Part shown: positions 11,932 through 25,600 of the stretch, piece by piece | Layout of the letters: each line of letters opens with the position of its first letter | Numbering within the stretch: the first letter of the stretch is position 1 | DNA from: Auanema rhodensis | Lineage: Eukaryota > Animalia > Nematoda | Direction: 5' to 3' | Length of the DNA stretch: 64,000 nt | Assembly: GCA_964057225.1 (NCBI GenBank) | Contig: OZ059897.1 | Coordinates: forward strand, 2,914,001 to 2,978,000 | Notes under the pieces: model-generated | Seen by the model: the letters and a program-made list of their open reading frames with translations, nothing else | Told to the model about the DNA's origin: nothing | Databases searched by the model: none | Program-made: the position numbers and the translations under genes

Positions 11932-14900
11932 AGTGCATTCGATGCGGATTTTTAAGCTGCGTCGATCTGTGTTATCAGATTTGAGTTAGCTTAAAAATGC
12001 ACCGAGTAATCAACTGATATAGGTTCACACTTATATCCTCGATTTTCACCCTGAAGAAATGATTTTTTCGTTGAAAAACATTGTCCATCGTATTCGTCTT
12101 GAAAAAAGGAATCTAAAAACATCTACTTTTTGTGAAATTATTTAGAAATTTTTCGGGAAAATTTTTGTCACAATGTTTTTGTAAGCAATGTTGAGTGTAC
12201 ATGGGAACTCAGCATACACTAATGCATTATTTTTCAAACGATCATAACTAATTTTTGTATAGAGCGTTTCTCAATGTAGTATAGTGCATTCGATGCGGAT
12301 TTTTAAGCTGCGTCGATCTGTGTTATCAGATTTGAGTTAGCTTAAAAAAGCACCGAGTAATCAACTGATATAGGTTCACACTTATATCCTCGATTTTCAC
12401 CCTGAAGAATTAATTTTTTCGTTGAATAACATTGTCCATCATCTTTGCCTTGAAAAAAGAAATCTAAAAACTCCTACTTTTTGTGAAATTATTCAGAAAA
12501 TTTTCGGGAAAATTTTTGTCAAAATGTTTTTGGAAGCAATGTTGAGTGTACATGGGAACTCAACATACACTAATGCATTATTTTTCAAACGATCATAACT
12601 AATTTTTGTATGGAGCGTTTCTCAATGTAGTATAGTGCATTCGATGCGGATTTTTAAGCTGCGTTGATCTGTGTTATCAGATTTGCGCTAGCTTAAAAAT
12701 GCACCGAGTAATCAACTGATATAGGTTCACACATATATCCTCGATTTTCACCCTGAAGAATTAATTTTTTCGTTGAATAACATTGTCCATCATCTTTGCC
12801 TTGAAAAAAGAAATCTAAAAACTCCTACTTTTTGTGAAATTATTTAGAAATTTTTCGGGAAAATTTTTGTCACAATGTTTTTGGAAGCAATGTTGAGTGT
12901 ACATGGGAACTCAGCATACACTAATGCATTATTTTTCAAACGATCATAACTAATTTTTGTATGGAGCGTTTCTCAATGTAGTATAGTGCATTCGATGCGG
13001 ATTTTTAAGCTGCGTTGATCTGTGTTATCAGATTTGCGCTAGCTTAAAAATGCACCGAGTAATCAACTGATATAGGTTCACACTTATATCCTCGATTTTC
13101 ACCCTGAAGAATTAATTTTTTCGTTGAATAACATTGTCCATCGTCTTTGCCTTGAAAAAAGAAATCTAAAAACTCCTACTTTTCGTGAAATTATTTAGAA
13201 ATTTTTCGGGAAAATTTTTGTCACAATGTTTTTGGAAGCAATGTTGAGTGTACATGGGAACTCAGCATACACTAATGCATTATTTTTCAAACGATCATAA
13301 CTAATTTTTGTATGGAGCGTTTCTCAATGTAGTATAGTGCATTCGATGCGGATTTTTAAGCTGCGTTGATCTGTGTTATCAGATTTGCGCTAGCTTAAAA
13401 ATGCACCGAGTAATCAACTGATATAGGTTCACACTTATATCCTCGATTTTCACCCTGAAGAATTAATTTTTTCGTTGAATAACATTGTCCATCGTCTTTG
13501 CCTTGAAAAAAGAAATCTAAAAACTCCTACTTTTCGTGAAATTATTTAGAAATTTTTCGGGAAAATTTTTGTCACAATGTTTTTGGAAGCAATGTTGAGT
13601 GTACATGGGAACTCAGCATACACTAATGCATTATTTTTCAAACGATCATAACTAATTTTTGTATAGAGCGTTTCTCAATGTAGTATAGTGCATTCGATGC
13701 GGATTTTTAAGCTGCGTTGATCTGTGTTATCAGATTTGCGCTAGCTTAAAAATGCACCGAGTAATCAACTGATATAGGTTCACACTTATATCCTCGATTT
13801 TCACCCTGAAGAATTAATTTTTTCGTTGAAAAACATTGTCCATCGTATTCGTCTTGAAAAAAGGAATCTAAAAACATCTACTTTTTGTGAAATTATTTAG
13901 AAATTTTTCGGGAAAATTTTTGTCACAATGTTTTTGTAAGCAATGTTGAGTGTACATGGGAACTCAGCATACACTAATGCATTATTTTTCAAACGATCAT
14001 AACTAATTTTTGTATAGAGCGTTTCTCAATGTAGTATAGTGCATTCGATGCGGATTTTTAAGCTGCGTCGATCTGTGTTATCAGATTTGAGTTAGCTTAA
14101 AAAAGCACCGAGTAATCAACTGATATAGGTTCACACTTATATCCTCGATTTTCACCCTGAAGAATTAATTTTTTCGTTGAATAACATTGTCCATCATCTT
14201 TGCCTTGAAAAAAGAAATCTAAAAACTCCTACTTTTTGTGAAATTATTCAGAAAATTTTCGGGAAAATTTTTGTCAAAATGTTTTTGGAAGCAATGTTGA
14301 GTGTACATGGGAACTCAACATACACTAATGCATTATTTTTCAAACGATCATAACTAATTTTTGTATGGAGCGTTTCTCAATGTAGTATAGTGCATTCGAT
14401 GCGGATTTTTAAGCTGCGTTGATCTGTGTTATCAGATTTGCGCTAGCTTAAAAATGCACCGAGTAATCAACTGATATAGGTTCACACTTATATCCTCGAT
14501 TTTCACCCTGAAGAATTAATTTTTTCGTTGAATAACATTGTCCATCATCTTTGCCTTGAAAAAAGAAATCTAAAAACTCCTACTTTTTGTGAAATTATTT
14601 AGAAATTTTTCGGGAAAATTTTTGTCACAATGTTTTTGGAAGCAATGTTGAGTGTACATGGGAACTCAGCATACACTAATGCATTATTTTTCAAACGATC
14701 ATAACTAATTTTTGTATGGAGCGTTTCTCAATGTAGTATAGTGCATTCGATGCGGATTTTTAAGCTGCGTTGATCTGTGTTATCAGATTTGCGCTAGCTT
14801 AAAAATGCACCGAGTAATCAACTGATATAGGTTCACACTTATATCCTCGATTTTCACCCTGAAGAATTAATTTTTTCGTTGAATAACATTGTCCATCGTC

Positions 14901-17900
14901 TTTGCCTTGAAAAAAGAAATCTAAAAACTCCTACTTTTCGTGAAATTATTTAGAAATTTTTCGGGAAAATTTTTGTCACAATGTTTTTGGAAGCAATGTT
15001 GAGTGTACATGGGAACTCAGCATACACTAATGCATTATTTTTCAAACGATCATAACTAATTTTTGTATGGAGCGTTTCTCAATGTAGTATAGTGCATTCG
15101 ATGCGGATTTTTAAGCTGCGTTGATCTGTGTTATCAGATTTGCGCTAGCTTAAAAATGCACCGAGTAATCAACTGATATAGGTTCACACTTATATCCTCG
15201 ATTTTCACCCTGAAGAATTAATTTTTTCGTTGAATAACATTGTCCATCGTCTTTGCCTTGAAAAAAGAAATCTAAAAACTCCTACTTTTCGTGAAATTAT
15301 TTAGAAATTTTTCGGGAAAATTTTTGTCACAATGTTTTTGGAAGCAATGTTGAGTGTACATGGGAACTCAGCATACACTAATGCATTATTTTTCAAACGA
15401 TCATAACTAATTTTTGTATAGAGCGTTTCTCAATGTAGTATAGTGCATTCGATGCGGATTTTTAAGCTGCGTTGATCTGTGTTATCAGATTTGCGCTAGC
15501 TTAAAAATGCACCGAGTAATCAACTGATATAGGTTCACACTTATATCCTCGATTTTCACCCTGAAGAATTAATTTTTTCGTTGAATAACATTGTCCATCG
15601 TCTTTGCCTTGAAAAAAGAAATCTAAAAACTCCTACTTTTCGTGAAATTATTTAGAAATTTTTCGGGAAAATTTTTGTCACAATGTTTTTGGAAGCAATG
15701 TTGAGTGTACATGGGAACTCAGCATACACTAATGCATTATTTTTCAAACGATCATAACTAATTTTTGTATGGAGCGTTTCTCAATGTAGTATAGTGCATT
15801 CGATGCGGATTTTTAAGCTGCGTTGATCTGTGTTATCAGATTTGCGCTAGCTTAAAAATGCACCGAGTAATCAACTGATATAGGTTCACACTTATATCCT
15901 CGATTTTCACCCTGAAGAATTAATTTTTTCGTTGAATAACATTGTCCATCGTCTTTGCCTTGAAAAAAGAAATCTAAAAACTCCTACTTTTCGTGAAATT
16001 ATTTAGAAATTTTTCGGGAAAATTTTTGTCACAATGTTTTTGGAAGCAATGTTGAGTGTACATGGGAACTCAGCATACACTAATGCATTATTTTTCAAAC
16101 GATCATAACTAATTTTTGTATAGAGCGTTTCTCAATGTAGTATAGTGCATTCGATGCGGATTTTTAAGCTGCGTTGATCTGTGTTATCAGATTTGCGCTA
16201 GCTTAAAAATGCACCGAGTAATCAACTGATATAGGTTCACACTTATATCCTCGATTTTCACCCTGAAGAATTAATTTTTTCGTTGAAAAACATTGTCCAT
16301 CGTATTCGTCTTGAAAAAAGGAATCTAAAAACATCTACTTTTTGTGAAATTATTTAGAAATTTTTCGGGAAAATTTTTGTCACAATGTTTTTGTAAGCAA
16401 TGTTGAGTGTACATGGGAACTCAGCATACACTAATGCATTATTTTTCAAACGATCATAACTAATTTTTGTATAGAGCGTTTCTCAATGTAGTATAGTGCA
16501 TTCGATGCGGATTTTTAAGCTGCGTCGATCTGTGTTATCAGATTTGAGTTAGCTTAAAAAAGCACCGAGTAATCAACTGATATAGGTTCACACTTATATC
16601 CTCGATTTTCACCCTGAAGAATTAATTTTTTCGTTGAATAACATTGTCCATCATCTTTGCCTTGAAAAAAGAAATCTAAAAACTCCTACTTTTTGTGAAA
16701 TTATTCAGAAAATTTTCGGGAAAATTTTTGTCAAAATGTTTTTGGAAGCAATGTTGAGTGTACATGGGAACTCAACATACACTAATGCATTATTTTTCAA
16801 ACGATCATAACTAATTTTTGTATGGAGCGTTTCTCAATGTAGTATAGTGCATTCGATGCGGATTTTTAAGCTGCGTTGATCTGTGTTATCAGATTTGCGC
16901 TAGCTTAAAAATGCACCGAGTAATCAACTGATATAGGTTCACACTTATATCCTCGATTTTCACCCTGAAGAATTAATTTTTTCGTTGAATAACATTGTCC
17001 ATCATCTTTGCCTTGAAAAAAGAAATCTAAAAACTCCTACTTTTTGTGAAATTATTTAGAAATTTTTCGGGAAAATTTTTGTCACAATGTTTTTGGAAGC
17101 AATGTTGAGTGTACATGGGAACTCAGCATACACTAATGCATTATTTTTCAAACGATCATAACTAATTTTTGTATGGAGCGTTTCTCAATGTAGTATAGTG
17201 CATTCGATGCGGATTTTTAAGCTGCGTTGATCTGTGTTATCAGATTTGCGCTAGCTTAAAAATGCACCGAGTAATCAACTGATATAGGTTCACACTTATA
17301 TCCTCGATTTTCACCCTGAAGAATTAATTTTTTCGTTGAATAACATTGTCCATCGTCTTTGCCTTGAAAAAAGAAATCTAAAAACTCCTACTTTTCGTGA
17401 AATTATTTAGAAATTTTTCGGGAAAATTTTTGTCACAATGTTTTTGGAAGCAATGTTGAGTGTACATGGGAACTCAGCATACACTAATGCATTATTTTTC
17501 AAACGATCATAACTAATTTTTGTATGGAGCGTTTCTCAATGTAGTATAGTGCATTCGATGCGGATTTTTAAGCTGCGTTGATCTGTGTTATCAGATTTGC
17601 GCTAGCTTAAAAATGCACCGAGTAATCAACTGATATAGGTTCACACTTATATCCTCGATTTTCACCCTGAAGAATTAATTTTTTCGTTGAATAACATTGT
17701 CCATCGTCTTTGCCTTGAAAAAAGAAATCTAAAAACTCCTACTTTTCGTGAAATTATTTAGAAATTTTTCGGGAAAATTTTTGTCACAATGTTTTTGGAA
17801 GCAATGTTGAGTGTACATGGGAACTCAGCATACACTAATGCATTATTTTTCAAACGATCATAACTAATTTTTGTATGGAGCGTTTCTCAATGTAGTATAG

Positions 17901-19652
17901 TGCATTCGATGCGGATTTTTAAGCTGCGTTGATCTGTGTTATCAGATTTGCGCTAGCTTAAAAATGCACCGAGTAATCAACTGATATAGGTTCACACTTA
18001 TATCCTCGATTTTCACCCTGAAGAATTAATTTTTTCGTTGAATAACATTGTCCATCGTCTTTGCCTTGAAAAAAGAAATCTAAAAACTCCTACTTTTCGT
18101 GAAATTATTTAGAAATTTTTCGGGAAAATTTTTGTCACAATGTTTTTGGAAGCAATGTTGAGTGTACATGGGAACTCAGCATACACTAATGCATTATTTT
18201 TCAAACGATCATAACTAATTTTTGTATAGAGCGTTTCTCAATGTAGTATAGTGCATTCGATGCGGATTTTTAAGCTGCGTCGATCTGTGTTATCAGATTT
18301 GAGTTAGCTTGAAAATGCACCGAGATATCAACTGATATATGTTCACACTTATATCCTCGATTTTCACCCTGAAGAAATGATTTTTTCGTTGAAAAACATT
18401 GTCCATCGTATTCGTCTTGAAAAAAGGAATCTAAAAACATCTACTTTTTGTGAAATTATTTAGAAATTTTTCGGGAAAATTTGGTCACAATGTTTTTGGA
18501 AGCAATGTTGAGTGTACATGGGAACTCAGCATACACTAATGCATTATTTTTCAAACGATCATAACTAATTTTGGTATAGAGCGTTTCTCAATGTAGTATA
18601 GTGCATTCGATGCGGATTTTTAAGCTGCGTCGATCTGTGTTATCAGATTTGAGTTAGCTTAAAAATGCACCGAGATATCAACTGATATATGTTCACACTT
18701 ATATCCTCGATTTTCACCCTGAAGAAATGATTTTTTCGTTGAAAAACATTGTCCATCGTATTCGTCTTGAAAAAAAGAATCTAAAAACATCTAGTTTTTG
18801 TGAAATTATTTAGAAATTTTTCGGGAAAATTTTTGTCAAAATGTTTTTGGAAGCAATGTTGAGTGTACATGGGAACTCAGCATACACTAATGCATTATTT
18901 TTCAAACGATCATAACTAATTTTTGTATAGAGCGTTTCTCAATGTAGTATAGTGCATTCGATGCGGATTTTTAAGCTGCGTTGATCTGTGTTATCAGATT
19001 TGCGCTAGCTTAAAAATGCACCGAGTAATCAACTGATATAGGTTCACACTTATATCCTCGATTTTCACCCTGAAGAATTAATTTTTTCGTTGAAAAACAT
19101 TGTCCATCGTATTCGTCTTGAAAAAAGGAATCTAAAAACATCTACTTTTTGTGAAATTATTTAGAAATTTTTCGGGAAAATTTTTGTCACAATGTTTTTG
19201 TAAGCAATGTTGAGTGTACATGGGAACTCAGCATACACTAATGCATTATTTTTCAAACGATCATAACTAATTTTTGTATAGAGCGTTTCTCAATGTAGTA
19301 CAGTGCATTCGATGCGGATTTTTAAGCTGCGTCGATCTGTGTTATCAGATTTGAGTTAGCTTAAAAAAGCACCGAGTAATCAACTGATATAGGTTCACAC
19401 TTATATCCTCGATTTTCACCCTGAAGAATTAATTTTTTCGTTGAATAACATTGTCCATCATCTTTGCCTTGAAAAAAGAAATCTAAAAACTCCTACTTTT
19501 TGTGAAATTATTCAGAAAATTTTCGGGAAAATTTTTGTCAAAATGTTTTTGGAAGCAATGTTGAGTGTACATGGGAACTCAGCATACACTAATGCATTAT
19601 TTTTCAAACGATCATAACTAATTTTTGTATGGAGCGTTTCTCAATGTAGTAT
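11932..19652 (+). repeat. Variable-length higher-order repeat (5-, 7-, 8-mer)
   Basis: Marker GTAAGC (for GGAAGC) occurs at 12181, 13936, 16393 and 19200, with spacings 1755, 2457 and 2807. Each is followed by an AAAAAAGCACC monomer. Confidence 0.88.
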
Positions 19653-22600
19653 AGTGCATTCGATGCGGATTTTTAAGCTGCGTTGATCTGTGTTATCAGA
19701 TTTGCGCTAGCTTAAAAATGCACCGAGTAATCAACTGATATAGGTTCACACTTATATCCTCGATTTTCACCCTGAAGAATTAATTTTTTCGTTGAATAAC
19801 ATTGTCCATCGTCTTTGCCTTGAAAAAAGAAATCTAAAAACTCCTACTTTTTGTGAAATTATTTAGAAATTTTTCGGGAAAATTTTTGTCACAATGTTTT
19901 TGGAAGCAATGTTGAGTGTACATGGGAACTCAGCATACACTAATGCATTATTTTTCAAACGATCATAACTAATTTTTGTATGGAGCGTTTCTCAATGTAG
20001 TATAGTGCATTCGATGCGGATTTTTAAGCTGCGTTGATCTGTGTTATCAGATTTGCGCTAGCTTAAAAATGCACCGAGTAATCAACTGATATAGGTTCAC
20101 ACTTATATCCTCGATTTTCACCCTGAAGAATTAATTTTTTCGTTGAATAACATTGTCCATCGTCTTTGCCTTGAAAAAAGAAATCTAAAAACTCCTACTT
20201 TTCGTGAAATTATTTAGAAATTTTTCGGGAAAATTTTTGTCACAATGTTTTTGGAAGCAATGTTGAGTGTACATGGGAACTCAGCATACACTAATGCATT
20301 ATTTTTCAAACGATCATAACTAATTTTTGTATAGAGCGTTTCTCAATGTAGTATAGTGCATTCGATGCGGATTTTTAAGCTGCGTCGATCTGTGTTATCA
20401 GATTTGAGTTAGCTTGAAAATGCACCGAGATATCAACTGATATATGTTCACACTTATATCCTCGATTTTCACCCTGAAGAAATGATTTTTTCGTTGAAAA
20501 ACATTGTCCATCGTATTCGTCTTGAAAAAAGGAATCTAAAAACATCTACTTTTTGTGAAATTATTTAGAAATTTTTCGGGAAAATTTGGTCACAATGTTT
20601 TTGGAAGCAATGTTGAGTGTACATGGGAACTCAGCATACACTAATGCATTATTTTTCAAACGATCATAACTAATTTTGGTATAGAGCGTTTCTCAATGTA
20701 GTATAGTGCATTCGATGCGGATTTTTAAGCTGCGTCGATCTGTGTTATCAGATTTGAGTTAGCTTAAAAATGCACCGAGATATCAACTGATATATGTTCA
20801 CACTTATATCCTCGATTTTCACCCTGAAGAAATGATTTTTTCGTTGAAAAACATTGTCCATCGTATTCGTCTTGAAAAAAAGAATCTAAAAACATCTACT
20901 TTTTGTGAAATTATTCAGAAATTTTTCGGGAAAATTTTTGTCAAAATGTTTTTGGAAGCAATGTTGAGTGTACATGGGAACTCAACATACACTAATGCAT
21001 TATTTTTCAAACGATCATAACTAATTTTTGTATGGAGCGTTTCTCAATGTAGTATAGTGCATTCGATGCGGATTTTTAAGCTGCGTTGATCTGTGTTATC
21101 AGATTTGCGCTAGCTTAAAAATGCACCGAGTAATCAACTGATATAGGTTCACACTTATATCCTCGATTTTCACCCTGAAGAATTAATTTTTTCGTTGAAT
21201 AACATTGTCCATCGTCTTTGCCTTGAAAAAAGAAATCTAAAAACTCCTACTTTTTGTGAAATTATTTAGAAATTTTTCGGGAAAATTTTTGTCACAATGT
21301 TTTTGGAAGCAATGTTGAGTGTACATGGGAACTCAGCATACACTAATGCATTATTTTTCAAACGATCATAACTAATTTTTGTATGGAGCGTTTCTCAATG
21401 TAGTATAGTGCATTCGATGCGGATTTTTAAGCTGCGTTGATCTGTGTTATCAGATTTGCGCTAGCTTAACAATGCACCGAGTAATCAACTGATATAGGTT
21501 CACACTTATATCCTCGATTTTCACCCTGAAGAATTAATTTTTTCGTTGAATAACGTTGTCCATCGTCTTTGCCTTGAAAAAAAAAATCTAAAAACTCCTA
21601 CTTTTTGTGAAATTATTTAGAAATTTTTCGGGAAAATTTTTGTCACAATGTTTTTGGAAGTAATGTTGAGTGTACATGGGAACTCAGCATACACTAATGC
21701 ATTATTTTTCAAACGATCATAACTAATTTTTGTATGGAGCGTTTCTCAATGTAGTATAGTGCATTCGATGCGGATTTTTAAGCTGCGTTGATCTGTGTTA
21801 TCAGATTTGCGCTAGCTTAAAAATGCACCGAGTAATCAACTGATATAGGTTCACACTTATATCCTCGATTTTCACCCTGAAGAATTAATTTTTTCGTTGA
21901 ATAACATTGTCCATCGTCTTTGCCTTGAAAAAAGAAATCTAAAAACTCCTACTTTTTGTGAAATTATTTAGAAATTTTTCGGGAAAATTTTTGTCACAAT
22001 GTTTTTGGAAGCAATGTTGAGTGTACATGGGAACTCAGCATACACTAATGCATTATTTTTCAAACGATCATAACTAATTTTTGTATAGAGCGTTTTTCAA
22101 TGTAGTATAGTGCATTCGATGCGGATTTTTAAGCTGCGTTGATCTGTGTTATCAGATTTGCGCTAGCTTAAAAATGCACCGAGTAATCAACTGATATAGG
22201 TTCACACTTATATCCTCGATTTTCACCCTGAAGAATTAATTTTTTCGTTGAATAACATTGTCCATCGTCTTTGCCTTGAAAAAAAAAATCTAAAAACTCC
22301 TACTTTTTGTGAAATTATTTAGAAATTTTTCGGGAAAATTTTTGTCACAATGTTTTTGGAAGCAATGTTGAGTGTACATGGGAACTCAGCATACACTAAT
22401 GCATTATTTTTCAAACGATCATAACTAATTTTTGTATAGAGCGTTTCTCAATGTAGTATAGTGCATTCGATGCGGATTTTTAAGCTGCGTCGATCTGTTT
22501 TATCAGATTTGAGTTAGCTTAAAAATGCACCGAGATATCAACTGATATATGTTCACACTTATATCCTCGATTTTCACCCTGAAGAAATGATTTTTTCGTT

Positions 22601-25600
22601 GAAAAACATTGTCCATCGTATTCGTCTTGAAAAAAAGAATCTAAAAACATCTACTTTTTGTGAAATTATTCAGAAAATTTTCGGGAAAATTTTTGTCAAA
22701 ATGTTTTTGGAAGCAATGTTGAGTGTACATGGGAACTCAACATACACTAATGCATTATTTTTCAAACGATCATAACTAATTTTTGTATGGAGCGTTTCTC
22801 AATGTAGTATAGTGCATTCGATGCGGATTTTTAAGCTGCGTTGATCTGTGTTATCAGATTTGCGCTAGCTTAAAAATGCACCGAGTAATCAACTGATATA
22901 GGTTCACACTTATATCCTCGATTTTCACCCTGAAGAATTAATTTTTTCGTTGAATAACATTGTCCATCATCTTTGCCTTGAAAAAAGAAATCTAAAAACT
23001 CCTACTTTTTGTGAAATTATTTAGAAATTTTTCGGGAAAATTTTTGTCACAATGTTTTTGGAAGCAATGTTGAGTGTACATGGGAACTCAGCATACACTA
23101 ATGCATTATTTTTCAAACGATCATAACTAATTTTTGAATGGAGCGTTTCTCAATGTAGTATAGTGCATTCGATGCGGATTTTTAAGCTGCGTTGATCTGT
23201 GTTATCAGATTTGCGCTAGCTTAAAAATGCACCGAGTAATCAACTGATATAGGTTCACACTTATATCCTCGATTTTCACCCTGAAGAATTAATTTTTTCG
23301 TTGAATAACATTGTCCATCGTCTTTGCCTTGAAAAAAGAAATCTAAAAACTCCTACTTTTTGTGAAATTATTTAGAAATTTTTCGGGAAAATTTTTGTCA
23401 CAATTTTTTTGGAAGCAATGTTGAGTGTACATGGGAACTCAGCATACACTAATGCATTATTTTTCAAACGATCATAACTAATTTTTGTATGGAGCGTTTT
23501 TCAATGTAGTATAGTGCATTCGATGCGGATTTTTAAGCTGCGTTGATCTGTGTTATCAGATTTGCGCTAGCTTGAAAATGCACCGAGTAATCAACTGATA
23601 TAGGTTCACACTTATATCCTCGATTTTCACCCTGAAGAATTAATTTTTTCGTTGAATAACATTGTCCATCGTCTTTGCCTTGAAAAAAGAAATCTAAAAA
23701 CTCCTACTTTTTGTGAAATTATTTAGAAATTTTTCGGGAAAATTTTTGTCACAATTTTTTTGGAAGCAATGTTGAGTGTACATGGGAACTCAGCATACAC
23801 TAATGCATTATTTTTCAAACGATCATAACTAATTTTTGTATGGAGCGTTTTTCAATGTAGTATAGTGCATTCGATTCGGATTTTTAAGCTGCGTTGATCT
23901 GTGTTATCAGATTTGCGCTAGCTTGAAAATGCACCGAGTAATCAACTGATATAGGTTCACACTTATATCCTCGATTTTCACCCTGAAGAATTAATTTTTT
24001 CGTTGAATAACATTGTCCATCGTCTTTGCCTTGAAAAAAAAAATCTAAAAACACCTACTTTTTGTGAAATTATTTAGAAATTTTTCGGGAAAATTTTTGT
24101 CACAATGTTTTTGGAAGCAATGTTGAGTGTACATGGGAACTCAGCATACACTAATGCATTATTTTTCAAACGATCATAACTAATTTTTGTATAGAGCGTT
24201 TCTCAATGTAGTATAGTGCATTCGATGCGGATTTTTAAGCTGCGTCGATCTGTGTTATCAGATTTGAGTTAGCTTAAAAATGCACCGAGATATCAACTGA
24301 TATATGTTCACACTTATATCCTCGATTTTCACCCTGAAGAAATGATTTTTTCGTTGAAAAACATTGTCCATCGTATTCGTCTTGAAAAAAAGAATCTAAA
24401 AACATCTACTTTTTGTGAAATTATTCAGAAAATTTTCGGGAAAATTTTTGTCAAAATGTTTTTGGAAGCAATGTTGAGTGTACATGGAAACTCAACATAC
24501 ACTAATGCATTATTTTTCAAACGATCATAACTAATTTTTGTATGAAGCGTTTCTCAATGTAGTATAGTGCATTCGATGCGGATTTTTAAGCTGCGTTGAT
24601 CTGTGTTATCAGATTTGCGCTAGCTTAAAAATGCACCGAGTAATCAACTGATATAGGTTCACACTTATATCCTCGATTTTCACCCTGAAGAATTAATTTT
24701 TTCGTTGAATAACATTGTCCATCATCTTTGCCTTGAAAAAAGAAATCTAAAAACTCCTACTTTTTGTGAAATTATTTAGAAACTTTTCGGGAAAATTTTT
24801 GTCACAATGTTTTTGGAAGCAATGTTGAGTGTACATGGGAACTCAGCATACACTAATGCATTATTTTTCAAACGATCATAACTAATTTTTGTATAGAGCG
24901 TTTCTCAATGTAGTATAGTGCATTCGATGCGGATTTTTAAGCTGCGTCGATCTGTGTTATCAGATTTGAGTTAGCTTGAAAATGCACCGAGATATCAACT
25001 GATATATGTTCACACTTATATCCTCGATTTTCACCCTGAAGAAATGATTTTTTCGTTGAAAAACATTGTCCATCGTATTCGTCTTGAAAAAAAGAATCTA
25101 AAAACATCTACTTTTTGTGAAATTATTCAGAAATTTTTCGGGAAAATTTTTGTCAAAATGTTTTTGGAAGCAATGTTGAGTGTACATGGGAACTCAACAT
25201 ACACTAATGCATTATTTTTCAAACGATCATAACTAATTTTTGTATGGAGCGTTTCTCAATGTAGTATAGTGCATTCGATGCGGATTTTTAAGCTGCGTTG
25301 ATCTGTGTTATCAGATTTGCGCTAGCTTAAAAATGCACCGAGTAATCAACTGATATAGGTTCACACTTATATCCTCGATTTTCACCCTGAAGAATTAATT
25401 TTTTCGTTGAATAACATTGTCCATCGTCTTTGCCTTGAAAAAAGAAATCTAAAAACTCCTACTTTTCGTGAAATTATTTAGAAATTTTTCGGGAAAATTT
25501 TTGTCACAATGTTTTTGGAAGCAATGTTGAGTGTACATGGGAACTCAGCATACACTAATGCATTATTTTTCAAACGATCATAACTAATTTTTGTATAGAG

